Source: a virus
Taxonomy: Duplodnaviria; Caudoviricetes
Direction: 5' to 3' (one strand)
Virus record (IMG/VR): IMGVR_UViG_3300025035_000051
Span: 1-38,163 of that record
DNA length: 38,163 nt
This document shows, in pieces, positions 1-8,019 of this stretch. The number at the start of each line of letters is the position of its first letter. Position 1 is the first letter of the stretch. The notes below the pieces were generated by a model. That model did not search any database, had not been told where the DNA came from, and saw only the letters and a program-made list of their open reading frames with translations. The position numbers and the translations under genes were made by a program.

Positions 1-35
1 TTCTCAAGAGAAGTAACTATGCTTTCTAGATTCAT
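1..35 (-). CDS. 5' end of a hypothetical protein running off the window (MNLESIVTSLE...)
   Basis: ATG at 35-33 overlaps the TGA of the upstream gene (ATGA coupling); frame open to the window edge. Confidence 0.55.
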   Translation of the reverse strand, partial: MNLESIVTSLE

Positions 36-466
36 TCTTCAGATTCGGGAGTAAGTTTTGAATTAGGGGCGTTAAATAAAAATAATAAATTTTCTAAATT
101 TGTGGATTTTCTATCCGAAGATATCCTAACAAACGAATCACGCTCCACTAATATCAGTCTACTAAAAAAACTAGTCCCATTTATTACTACAATATCTTTC
201 TTGTCCTTAGTGACTTCCACAGTTATTCCTAGTCTCTTGGGCAAGTGTATTATACACGAGGAACTTACAGGAATAAATCCTGAATGTTCTGTAGAAGGAA
301 CAAAGTAAATTAATGACTGAAACGTGGCAAATCCGCCCTTGCTAAACTGTGAGATTCTCTTAAATATTTTAAGATCTATCGGTATAGAATTATCAGATTC
401 CTGAAGACCTGCAAAAATCTTTTTTGAATAGCAATATTTAGAATGTTTTATAAAATTACTTGACAT
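32..466 (-). CDS. hypothetical protein (144 aa)
   Basis: Co-oriented ORF overlapping both neighbours; no recognisable motif. Confidence 0.7.
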   Translation of the reverse strand: MSSNFIKHSKYCYSKKIFAGLQESDNSIPIDLKIFKRISQFSKGGFATFQSLIYFVPSTEHSGFIPVSSSCIIHLPKRLGITVEVTKDKKDIVVINGTSFFSRLILVERDSFVRISSDRKSTNLENLLFLFNAPNSKLTPESEE

Positions 467-785
467 TATTACAATAATTATGTACGTCTTTACGTACCAA
501 TGTTATGTCCAAATTAAATCCTAAGCCCTCGTCCTCTACTTCAGATAATTTTATTACTCCTATCTTGGATTCATTTAATATCTCTCTTACTCTAGTCATA
601 ATGAATTCTATCTTTTCAGCAGAGTTAGAACTCACCGATAACTTATTGTCGTAACAACTAAAAAATACATTTTTGAATTCGGAATCTAAGAATAAAGAAT
701 TTACTGCCCTGAAAGGATTCTCCCGGAGCTTATTTACAACTTCTAGGATACTGAGAGGGGATTCCAAAACCGATTTTATTTCCAA
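456..785 (-). CDS. hypothetical protein (109 aa)
   Basis: Co-oriented ORF overlapping neighbours; no recognisable motif. Confidence 0.7.
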   Translation of the reverse strand: MEIKSVLESPLSILEVVNKLRENPFRAVNSLFLDSEFKNVFFSCYDNKLSVSSNSAEKIEFIMTRVREILNESKIGVIKLSEVEDEGLGFNLDITLVRKDVHNYCNNVK

Positions 786-1765
786 GGTTCATACAATTTT
801 GAATCTCTCTCTATGGAAAGCAAGGTATCATAATTTTCAGAACGTAACTTGTCCGACAACTCTATATCAAACAGGGGCTTTAACCCCTTAAGTCCCATCT
901 TTAAATCGGGATTCATTATAACTACAAACTTTTTGGTATCCTGGTTAAAGCATATGGCGTGATCTTTACTAGCAGCATTTCTGACTACTAATAGTCTATT
1001 GTACTTGTGTGATGCCATTGGATCGTCCTCCTTCATTATCAACAAATCACCGTGTTTTAAGTCCTGAATACTAGACGGAATATCCTTATCTATTTCAAAT
1101 AATCTCTTTCTCTTGACAAATTCAGAAATTATCTCTTCGGGAAATTCAACTCGTTCTAAAATGCTCCTCATTATTGTTCCCTCTAATCCTAGGGACTCTT
1201 TTACAACCTTGTAATCATTATCCTTAGCCTTATTCATAAAATCTATCATTTGGGGTTTTAGTGAATCTATGTGAGTTAAAATGTGACCTATGTGTTTACA
1301 CACTGTGCCCTTCATATTAGGATTTCTAATTACAGGGGGTCGATTCTCCTTTCTAGTTGAATAATCTAACTGGGTTCCCATATACTTAAAACCAAAAAAT
1401 AAGAAATCCGGACACTGACACATTACTTTTATCTCTCCCCTTAGAGCCACATCTAACTTGTCAGAATATGAACCCTTCAACTTACTTATAACAGGTAAGT
1501 CTTCCAACCTTATATCTACATCGTAGTCCTTTATATGAAAGGTAAAATTCTTAGTTCGATGCAGGTACTTTACCAATTTCAAATTGGAATATTCAGGAGC
1601 TGTTAAGTTTACCTTTCTAACTGTAAGACTAGTTAAATCCTGTAGTGTGGCTTCTTTCAAAACTTTTAAAATAAAAGTGTTACTGGATCTTGAATAGTTC
1701 AGACGTGAGGCTAGCTGACGGTCTGAAGGATATCTCCCACCTTGTGGGAAGATATATGTCCTCAT
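776..1765 (-). CDS. SWIM-type zinc finger protein
   Basis: CQCPDF...RNP...CKH fits the SWIM CxC-xn-CxH pattern; true start may lie downstream of 1765 given the 86-nt overlap with the HU-like gene. Confidence 0.7.
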   Translation of the reverse strand: MRTYIFPQGGRYPSDRQLASRLNYSRSSNTFILKVLKEATLQDLTSLTVRKVNLTAPEYSNLKLVKYLHRTKNFTFHIKDYDVDIRLEDLPVISKLKGSYSDKLDVALRGEIKVMCQCPDFLFFGFKYMGTQLDYSTRKENRPPVIRNPNMKGTVCKHIGHILTHIDSLKPQMIDFMNKAKDNDYKVVKESLGLEGTIMRSILERVEFPEEIISEFVKRKRLFEIDKDIPSSIQDLKHGDLLIMKEDDPMASHKYNRLLVVRNAASKDHAICFNQDTKKFVVIMNPDLKMGLKGLKPLFDIELSDKLRSENYDTLLSIERDSKLYEPWK

Positions 1766-2012
1766 TCTTTAAATTAGGGAGATTTACATGCAACTTACGA
1801 GCAGGTCTCCTTTTAAAATAAAAGTATCCTACCCTAGGAAATACCACCCTGTCATACTTTCGTTGTAGTATAAGATCTCTGTAAGTGGCTGTCAATTCTT
1901 CTAATAAAATTTGAACTAGCCCTGCATCTAAATTGATTCCGTGCTTCAGAAGTCTACTCTTAAATTCTGAAACCACCTCTTCACTATTTGCTCCGCATAT
2001 CCTTGTTTCCAT
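1680..2012 (-). CDS. HU/IHF-family DNA-binding protein
   Basis: VVFPRVGYFYFKRRPARK...LP...ISFRPSASL matches the HU/IHF beta-arm signature (G.F....R.AR...IP....F.P...L). Confidence 0.75.
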   Translation of the reverse strand: METRICGANSEEVVSEFKSRLLKHGINLDAGLVQILLEELTATYRDLILQRKYDRVVFPRVGYFYFKRRPARKLHVNLPNLKNEDIYLPTRWEISFRPSASLTSELFKIQ

Positions 2013-2364
2013 CAGATAAACTCTTTAGCATTTCTTGGCATAAAATTCTTAATTGCATAACATCATTATTATATACTCTAGATAGAATCTGATAAAACTC
2101 AAATACCTGCTCTGGAGTATAAGAATCTGCATTCTCCTTTATCTTGGTGGCTAGTATATCTAATGCACCATCTATCTCATCAAATCTATTTATCTTCCTC
2201 TGAAGTCCCTGTAACAATATAAATTTCTTTTTCATTATAGAGGAAGATAATACCTTATTTACAAAAGACCTGTAATCATCTGTTTCGTCTTTACTATCAA
2301 AGTCTATTAAGAATTTGTAAATAGCGTCGTCCACTACGACAACATTATTATTTCGTGTAAGCAT
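1984..2364 (-). CDS. hypothetical protein (126 aa, probably helical)
   Basis: Co-oriented ORF overlapping neighbours. Confidence 0.7.
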   Translation of the reverse strand: MLTRNNNVVVVDDAIYKFLIDFDSKDETDDYRSFVNKVLSSSIMKKKFILLQGLQRKINRFDEIDGALDILATKIKENADSYTPEQVFEFYQILSRVYNNDVMQLRILCQEMLKSLSDGNKDMRSK

Positions 2365-3424
2365 CTCTAAGTATTGAATTTAATTTATAATCTACTTTTG
2401 ATTTTATTGCTGTTATGGAACTCAAGGTTGTTCCAGATATTCCTTCTCCCTTAACAGCTGTTATTTCCTGGACTGTATCTGACCCTAAAAATGACACATA
2501 AGTGTCTACCTCATCAGATACTCTTTTAACTTCGGATATCTTAGGTATATTTACACTCAACCCTCCAAATATCTTTAGAAAATCAAAGAACTTATCTGTT
2601 CCTAAAACTGCTAGCATCTCGGTCAAGAATGGGTATCTGTCTAAACATGCCAGTACTAGAAAAAACTTATCAAAAAATTCCTTTTCCCCCCTGGAAGTCA
2701 CAGGAAATTTCTTTAGGGAAAAATCTTCGTTCATATTGTGCATAAGGGACATTTTAAATATTACTTTACTTACTTTATCTAACTCTTTAATACGTATTAT
2801 AGGATACTCTAAATCTTCTGAGTATTCTGCGTGGAGGCATTTAAATTGAGGATCTCTATCCTTTTCAGATAGAAAATCAAAATAAAACCTGCGAAGACAA
2901 ACCATCTCTTTCCAGGGATATATCTTGGTTAGGTGTAGGTAAGTCTTTGTTATTCTATCTTTATTTAAAATAAAATCATCAGTATCTCTAATATCTACAG
3001 TGATAACAGATTCAGATTCTTCAAATTCGTTAAAAAAGTTCTCCTCTCCTAGCCCAGAATCTATAATATTAGATTCTTTTTTTAAAGCCCCCCTCTCAGT
3101 TAAAATAATGTTTCTAGCATCAAACCAGCTACTGGATTTTATATAACTGTAAAATGCCTTGTGGTTAACAAAATCTTCAGGGTCTCTCCTCTTTAAACAG
3201 TTCAGGCAGGATAAGATTGCTGCTGAAAAGAAATCCTCATAATCCAAATCGTAGTCAGTGGATAGTTTTATATATAAATCCCCTGCTATTAAATTAGACA
3301 GGGGAATCAATTTTTCTTTTAAAGAATTAGATGTTTTATCTTGCTTGAACAATTCAAACAATTCTTCTATGTATTCATAGGTAACTTCTGTTCTACGAAG
3401 TTTATCCAACTTTTTAGTGCTCAT
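2348..3424 (-). CDS. sigma-70 region-2-like transcription factor with C-terminal Mor/C-like motif
   Basis: DYEDFFSAAILSCLNCLKRRDP...FYSYI resembles sigma region 2; C-terminal LGTDKFFDFLKIFGGLSVNIP resembles the Mor-family FGG..hYIP motif. Confidence 0.55.
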   Translation of the reverse strand: MSTKKLDKLRRTEVTYEYIEELFELFKQDKTSNSLKEKLIPLSNLIAGDLYIKLSTDYDLDYEDFFSAAILSCLNCLKRRDPEDFVNHKAFYSYIKSSSWFDARNIILTERGALKKESNIIDSGLGEENFFNEFEESESVITVDIRDTDDFILNKDRITKTYLHLTKIYPWKEMVCLRRFYFDFLSEKDRDPQFKCLHAEYSEDLEYPIIRIKELDKVSKVIFKMSLMHNMNEDFSLKKFPVTSRGEKEFFDKFFLVLACLDRYPFLTEMLAVLGTDKFFDFLKIFGGLSVNIPKISEVKRVSDEVDTYVSFLGSDTVQEITAVKGEGISGTTLSSITAIKSKVDYKLNSILRDAYTK

Positions 3425-4170
3425 CGGCTAGCATAAATTCTTTCCTCAAAACACAATTGAGCAGGTTTCCACAAAGGAGTTATCATGTTTTCCTTAATTC
3501 CGATATCTTTTAAGGCAAAAGATATTATTCTACGGAAACTATACAACCTATTTCGAGACTCTCCAAGGAGTTCTAAGAGAACTGTTGGAGGTATGGTAGT
3601 GTTTCCCACATTTCTGAGGATTCTGTTGTCTTCTCGGAGAGAATTGATGTAAGAATCGTATTTACTTAGGATAGATTCACTAGGACGTAAAGATTCTTTA
3701 AAGAATCTTGTTATCCCCGGATATCTCTTCTCATACTTAGTAACTTCCAGGGTTATCCTAGTCTCGTAGATGGAATCATCTATGGTTTTTTCAGGGGATT
3801 CGTCAGATGTCGAATACCCTAATAAACCGTTTTCAACTATATTTTCAAATTCTTCAGGAAATCCTGATTCTTCTCTTACTGAAAATGCATCTCTGCGACG
3901 ATTTGAGATGTAAGGTCTTTGCGAAAGATAGTGCAGCCTTTCGATACTCAAAATTTTAATACAAATAGGGAGTAAATGAGAAATCTCTCTTTGTTCGAGG
4001 GCTAATTGTTTATAAACTCTACATAGTTCTAGATTCATCTCCTGTGTGTAGTCTTCAGGGAGCATCTCGGGAAGAAAGGTCTTGTTCGCTTCGTACATGT
4101 CGTTAGCGTGTTTTCTAATTAGGAATTTTAGGTCTTCTAAGACTACTTCTAAATTTGTTTGTACTTTCAT
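3421..4170 (-). CDS. putative divergent sigma-factor-like protein (249 aa)
   Basis: LIRKHAN...PEDYTQEMNLEL weakly resembles ECF sigma region 2 (EDLxQE); possible C-terminal HTH; ORF is solid, function tentative. Confidence 0.4.
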   Translation of the reverse strand: MKVQTNLEVVLEDLKFLIRKHANDMYEANKTFLPEMLPEDYTQEMNLELCRVYKQLALEQREISHLLPICIKILSIERLHYLSQRPYISNRRRDAFSVREESGFPEEFENIVENGLLGYSTSDESPEKTIDDSIYETRITLEVTKYEKRYPGITRFFKESLRPSESILSKYDSYINSLREDNRILRNVGNTTIPPTVLLELLGESRNRLYSFRRIISFALKDIGIKENMITPLWKPAQLCFEERIYASR

Positions 4171-4171
4171 A

Positions 4172-4195
4172 AATTGGACTTTTAATTGGACTTTT
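4172..4195. repeat. tandem 12-bp direct repeat (aattggactttt x2) just upstream of the start codon at 4170
   Basis: Exact copies at 4172-4183 and 4184-4195. Confidence 0.9.
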
Positions 4196-4213
4196 TGTTT
4201 GTTAAAAGAAGCA

Positions 4214-4256
4214 GCTAATTTCGAATTATTTTTTGGAAAAACAAAATTTTTCCAAA
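4214..4256 (-). promoter_or_regulatory. putative Bacteroidota-type sigma70 promoter overlapped by a 10-bp inverted repeat
   Basis: Minus strand TTTG (4245-4242)-N19-GAAATTAG (4222-4215) versus consensus TTTG-N19-21-TAnnTTTG (2 mismatches); perfect inverted repeat tttggaaaaa/tttttccaaa at 4232-4241 and 4247-4256; lies in the largest core intergenic gap. Confidence 0.45.
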
Positions 4257-4369
4257 TTATTTTTTGTTTATTTTTGGTTTTTTAGTACTTACTAGGGTTA
4301 CAAAATGTATAGAGTCTTTACAAAATTAAAAATTAAGCCTTAAATTTCGTATCCCATCATAATTTAATC

Positions 4370-4909
4370 CTAATTATCTTGTCTAAATTGGGAGACTGCA
4401 TAATAAGATATCAGGGCAGAATCAATTAAACCATCATGGTAATTTTTACACCTGGAAGAAGCCCTAAAATCCTCGCTAGGAAATTTATTCATCGCTGCCA
4501 ATAAAGAAGTGGCTTTAGGGTCACTAAGATTCTTGCCATCTGAAGACTTTCTAGTTTGCCTAATGACATTCTGCCATGCTACACGTTGCCATTCAGCAGG
4601 TCTAACCATTATATACGGCAATCCTAACATGGCCACCATACCCTCTAACATACCAGTGCAATGCGCTAAGGATGCCATAGAGGTCTTTCCTATACCAAAT
4701 ATTATACCTGGATTTTCTACAGCTATAAGGGTATACGGATATTTTTTAAATATAGATACTATGGAAATCTTATCATAATTTTCCTTCTCACCTATAGTAG
4801 GCATGACTATCTTCTCTACTATCTCGTAATCCTTATTTAAGATAGTAAATGCTCCTTGCTTTCCTGGGTCTACCCCTAAGAAATATCTAACATTTTGTAT
4901 GGTTATCAT
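4370..4909 (-). CDS. RuvC-like Holliday junction resolvase
   Basis: GVDPG, IAVEN, VRPAEWQ and DGLIDSALI carry the RNase H-fold acidic catalytic residues of phage RuvC-like resolvases. Confidence 0.85.
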   Translation of the reverse strand: MITIQNVRYFLGVDPGKQGAFTILNKDYEIVEKIVMPTIGEKENYDKISIVSIFKKYPYTLIAVENPGIIFGIGKTSMASLAHCTGMLEGMVAMLGLPYIMVRPAEWQRVAWQNVIRQTRKSSDGKNLSDPKATSLLAAMNKFPSEDFRASSRCKNYHDGLIDSALISYYAVSQFRQDN

Positions 4910-4913
4910 TAGT

Positions 4914-4994
4914 TTTATTTAAAGGGGAAATATAGAGTTATACCATACCTCCAGGTTTTTACACATTAATTTATATTTATTCGAGTTATCCATG
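4914..4994. repeat. 81-bp exact direct repeat, copy 1 (duplicate of primase 3' end)
   Basis: Identical to 6230-6310 (offset 1316 nt). Confidence 0.95.
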
Positions 4995-5017
4995 ACTAAA
5001 TAGTCTTTTGTTTTCAT
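4919..5017 (-). pseudogene. chimeric mini-ORF: MKTKDYLV fused in frame to the last 24 aa of primase
   Basis: Manual translation MKTKDYLVMDNSNKYKLMCKNLEVWYNSIFPL*; ATG overlaps the TGA of the upstream pseudogene. Confidence 0.6.
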
Positions 5018-5281
5018 TTTATCAGATTTAAAAGTTCTTTTTCTAATTCGGGAGAAATCACATATTTATTTTTCACAACCTCTAAAATGTAAGTCTTTTT
5101 TAGTCAACGCATCATTACTGATTTATAATGAACATGCTCTTTAGTCAGCACTTCTTTGACCTTTTTAGGCTTTTGTGCCTTCATAGGCGTTTGCACCCGT
5201 GCCAACGCGACTGTTTTTTCCATACCTTTTACGGCATTCATCACATTAATAACCGCAAGTGCAAGGTTTTTAAAGTTCCAT
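5014..5281 (-). pseudogene. frameshifted, internally deleted relic resembling an ERF-family ssDNA-annealing protein
   Basis: Pieces across 1-nt shifts: MEL/KNLALAVINVMNAVKGMEK/NSRVGTGANAYEGTK then KPKKVKEVLTKEH...TYILEVVKNKYVISPELEKELLNLIK*; recalled resemblance to termini of Bacteroidota phage ERF-like proteins, unverified. Confidence 0.5.
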
Positions 5282-5326
5282 ATTATCGTTTTTAGGTTAA
5301 AATATTGTACTAATTTGTAAATAAAA

Positions 5327-5668
5327 TTATTTACTTTTTAACTGCATTATCTTTAAATCTTTTTTATTATAAATTGGCTTATAATCTTTCATACAAGCAT
5401 CTAAACTGTAAGTTCCACTTGCTTTTGGGTTTGGAATGTATCTTGGCGTTCCATCTGCAGATACATCTAGTTCAGATTTTATAAATACTTTATTTTTAGG
5501 AGTTAAAAAAGCGAGTGGGAATATCTCTTGCCTTAATTTAATTTTATAAATATTTTCTTTATGATACAAATTTGCAAAATGAAGCAGTGTACTTTTTAAA
5601 TCTTCTCTTGTCAATTCTCTATTTTCGTACTCATTTAAGAGTAATTGTAAATAATCTTTACTTCCCAT
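5327..5668 (-). CDS. hypothetical protein (113 aa) in insert
   Basis: Intact ORF with an AT-rich leader shared with the ERF-like relic. Confidence 0.7.
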   Translation of the reverse strand: MGSKDYLQLLLNEYENRELTREDLKSTLLHFANLYHKENIYKIKLRQEIFPLAFLTPKNKVFIKSELDVSADGTPRYIPNPKASGTYSLDACMKDYKPIYNKKDLKIMQLKSK

Positions 5669-5710
5669 ATTATTGTTTTTTAGGTTAAAAGCATACTATT
5701 TATACATTTT

Positions 5711-5816
5711 TTATAAGCCCTTTATTAAAACGTGAATAACAATAGCTAGCCACAAAGTTGTAAAAAAGTCAAAATCCCAGCTTTAAATATTTTTTAGTTA
5801 ATATTTTTAAATTCAT
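5711..5816 (-). pseudogene. frameshifted small membrane-protein relic
   Basis: MNLKILTK.../IFKAGILTF/FTTLWLAIVIHVLIKGL* reconstructed only across shifts in homopolymer runs; 106 nt, not a multiple of 3. Confidence 0.35.
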
Positions 5817-5831
5817 TTAAAAGTTCTTGAT

Positions 5832-6221
5832 TTACAAATTATCAGCCTCTAATAATACTGTTAAAATATAGTCAATAGCTGCTGAGCAAGCTTCTTTTCT
5901 ATTATTAAAGCCATTTTTAATTTTAATAGTGTCATTATTTTTATGAATACAGTATTCAAAATTATCTCCTCTTGTACTATTAATACATTTAGTATCAATA
6001 TAAATTTTAAATACTAGTTCAAACCACTCAATAACTTGCCATTGTTCTGGTGCTGAATAATTATCAGTTAATTTATTCATAGAACAAAGCAAATCATTTC
6101 TATTTAATTTTTTAGTACCTTTATGATACCAATTTAATGTAGATACATTAAAGTTTTTCTTTTTAAGTAATTTAGCCTGAGCTAAAGTTACATAAGTTGG
6201 AGTTATACTTTTAGTTTCCAT
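5832..6221 (-). CDS. hypothetical protein of a family recalled from Bacteroidota phages (129 aa)
   Basis: YVTLAQAKLLKKKNF...YSAPEQWQVIEWF...EA..AAIDYIL resembles the YV....AKLLKEKGF...SAP....V..W pattern. Confidence 0.7.
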   Translation of the reverse strand: METKSITPTYVTLAQAKLLKKKNFNVSTLNWYHKGTKKLNRNDLLCSMNKLTDNYSAPEQWQVIEWFELVFKIYIDTKCINSTRGDNFEYCIHKNNDTIKIKNGFNNRKEACSAAIDYILTVLLEADNL

Positions 6222-6229
6222 TTTTAAGG

Positions 6230-6310
6230 TTTATTTAAAGGGGAAATATAGAGTTATACCATACCTCCAGGTTTTTACACATTAATTTATATTTATTCGA
6301 GTTATCCATG
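6230..6310. repeat. 81-bp exact direct repeat, copy 2 (primase 3' end)
   Basis: Identical to 4914-4994; includes the primase stop codon. Confidence 0.95.
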
Positions 6311-7182
6311 TCTAATAAATCTAGCTGAGTGAATTGCTTAGAGCTATTATAGGCTAAAATCTTATTATCAGTTGTCAGATTGTCTGCATCAAATTTAGGT
6401 ATTCGGGGTATAGGAACTAGGAATACCCTCTCTCTATATCGTAAGAGCATACGTATATTACGAAATATAATCTCTGGAGAAACGTCCCCATCAGGGCACA
6501 AAAATACTTCCTTCAATATTGAGATCTTCATAGCCTGCGCTCTGGTTACTATTGAACTTAGATAGGCTACAAAATTATCTCCAAAGGAAAATCCGGTAAA
6601 CCATCCCTCACACACAAAGTTTATATCATAACCCACAGCTCTATCAAAATTCATTAGGATACTTATCCTCTTTGAGGAGGGATTTCTGTATTTCATCTTA
6701 CTATTTCCAACAGCTCTAGATATGAAATAATCACATTTTCCAGTACCTAATTCAAAGTTAGGTACTACCAATCTCCCCTTGTAATCACCGATACCTTCTC
6801 GTATCGAATATCTATTTATTGTATCATCTGTTAATCCCCTCTTGTAGGCGTAATCTCGTATTTCTCCCTTATCTGAAATAACCCTAGACACCTCATCCAA
6901 ATTATAATACACCTTATCTTCTCTTTCCAAATATTCTAATATATCAGACTCTGAAAAGAAAGGGTCATACTTTAATTCCGGGATTGCAGAATATATGTTC
7001 TGTCCATAGGTAGAACATCTGTGACAAATGTACCTGTGGGTAACCAGGTTTATGTATAGATGCCCTCCGTCGTCTTTGGTCTTACCATTCCTTTCACAAA
7101 AGGGACAATTAGTAGACACCTCTTTACCAGAGGTACCTGAGGATCGGATATCTTTAAAAATTGAACTCAAACTCTTCCACAA
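6235..7182 (-). CDS. DNA primase (DnaG/T4 gp61-like)
   Basis: Zn-binding CPFC...HLY...CHRC; GRLVVP; KYRNP; TOPRIM VCEG and DGD. Confidence 0.88.
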   Translation of the reverse strand: MWKSLSSIFKDIRSSGTSGKEVSTNCPFCERNGKTKDDGGHLYINLVTHRYICHRCSTYGQNIYSAIPELKYDPFFSESDILEYLEREDKVYYNLDEVSRVISDKGEIRDYAYKRGLTDDTINRYSIREGIGDYKGRLVVPNFELGTGKCDYFISRAVGNSKMKYRNPSSKRISILMNFDRAVGYDINFVCEGWFTGFSFGDNFVAYLSSIVTRAQAMKISILKEVFLCPDGDVSPEIIFRNIRMLLRYRERVFLVPIPRIPKFDADNLTTDNKILAYNSSKQFTQLDLLDMDNSNKYKLMCKNLEVWYNSIFPL

Positions 7183-7747
7183 TTAGCATCTCTGACACAG
7201 TTGAACTCAAGATGTGCAAGGGAAATTTTTGTATTAAACTCTTACAATTATTTACAACTGCCCTATAGCTGCCTCCTGGAAATTTAGACTTATTACAGTG
7301 TGTCCAAAATAGTAATTCTAAGTAATCACAGATTTTTATAATCTGAAATTCGGGTGACATGTCCTCTTTCCATTCATTATATTTAGTGTGGAAGTCTAAT
7401 CCGATTTCTTTGAAAGCTGAGAATGTCATATCCTTAGCTACAGAATCTACAGTAGACATTATCTCCCTACCTAATCTTAATTTTAGAGGTAGTGGAAAAT
7501 CTGTAGTAACGGTTTCTTCAAAATCATGAAATAGAGCGCATTGTAACAAATTCAGTCTGTCTAAAGAATACATTACTTTAGTTCTAGCCATACCCTGCGC
7601 TATCTCATTCCCAATTAGAATGGCAAGAGCTGCTACTCCAAAAGAGTGTTCAGCTAAATTTTGTCTGTCCTTAAACGGCATATTGTTAAATCTAGTAGTA
7701 TACTGCATAAGGAAAATTTTCGATAAAGAATCATTCTTTGCTATCAT
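7154..7747 (-). CDS. HD-domain 5'-deoxynucleotidase (YfbR-like)
   Basis: R..., QNLAEHSFGVA, ALFHDFEE, KICDYLE motifs. Confidence 0.88.
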   Translation of the reverse strand: MIAKNDSLSKIFLMQYTTRFNNMPFKDRQNLAEHSFGVAALAILIGNEIAQGMARTKVMYSLDRLNLLQCALFHDFEETVTTDFPLPLKLRLGREIMSTVDSVAKDMTFSAFKEIGLDFHTKYNEWKEDMSPEFQIIKICDYLELLFWTHCNKSKFPGGSYRAVVNNCKSLIQKFPLHILSSTVSEMLIVEEFEFNF

Positions 7748-8019
7748 GCTATAAAGTATTTTTTGTTTATGTAATAAATTGTTGTTTCAAATATTTTACC
7801 CTTTCTAACACCCCTTAAGTCCCAGATGAGGTTGTCTTTTACAATCTTGAATAACTCCACTTGAACTTTGTCTAAGTGCTCTTTAGGTATACTTCCTCCG
7901 TCAGAAAAACTAGATACTCTTATATCCCTGATCTCTAACGTCTCCAGAGATAACTTGAATCCCTGCGGATAAATTAAATTACCTAGGTAATTTCTAAAAC
8001 GGTTAATAACTGTCTTCAT
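7744..8019 (-). CDS. hypothetical protein (about 91 aa)
   Basis: Fills the gap between DnaB and HD genes; ATG at 8019 (MKTVIN) preferred over 8070 because it reduces the overlap with DnaB. Confidence 0.6.
   Translation of the reverse strand: MKTVINRFRNYLGNLIYPQGFKLSLETLEIRDIRVSSFSDGGSIPKEHLDKVQVELFKIVKDNLIWDLRGVRKGKIFETTIYYINKKYFIA

Larger units (their letters stand above)
4995..6229. mobile_element. AT-rich foreign insert between 81-bp direct repeats (no integrase or transposase)
   Basis: Bounded by an exact duplication; visibly more AT-rich than the flanks; loose gene packing and frameshifted relics unlike the rest of the window. Confidence 0.65.

Noticed and set aside
4914-6310. IS element, integrase-driven prophage att sites or CRISPR array
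   Set aside because: No transposase or integrase, no terminal inverted repeats, and only two repeat copies 1.3 kb apart
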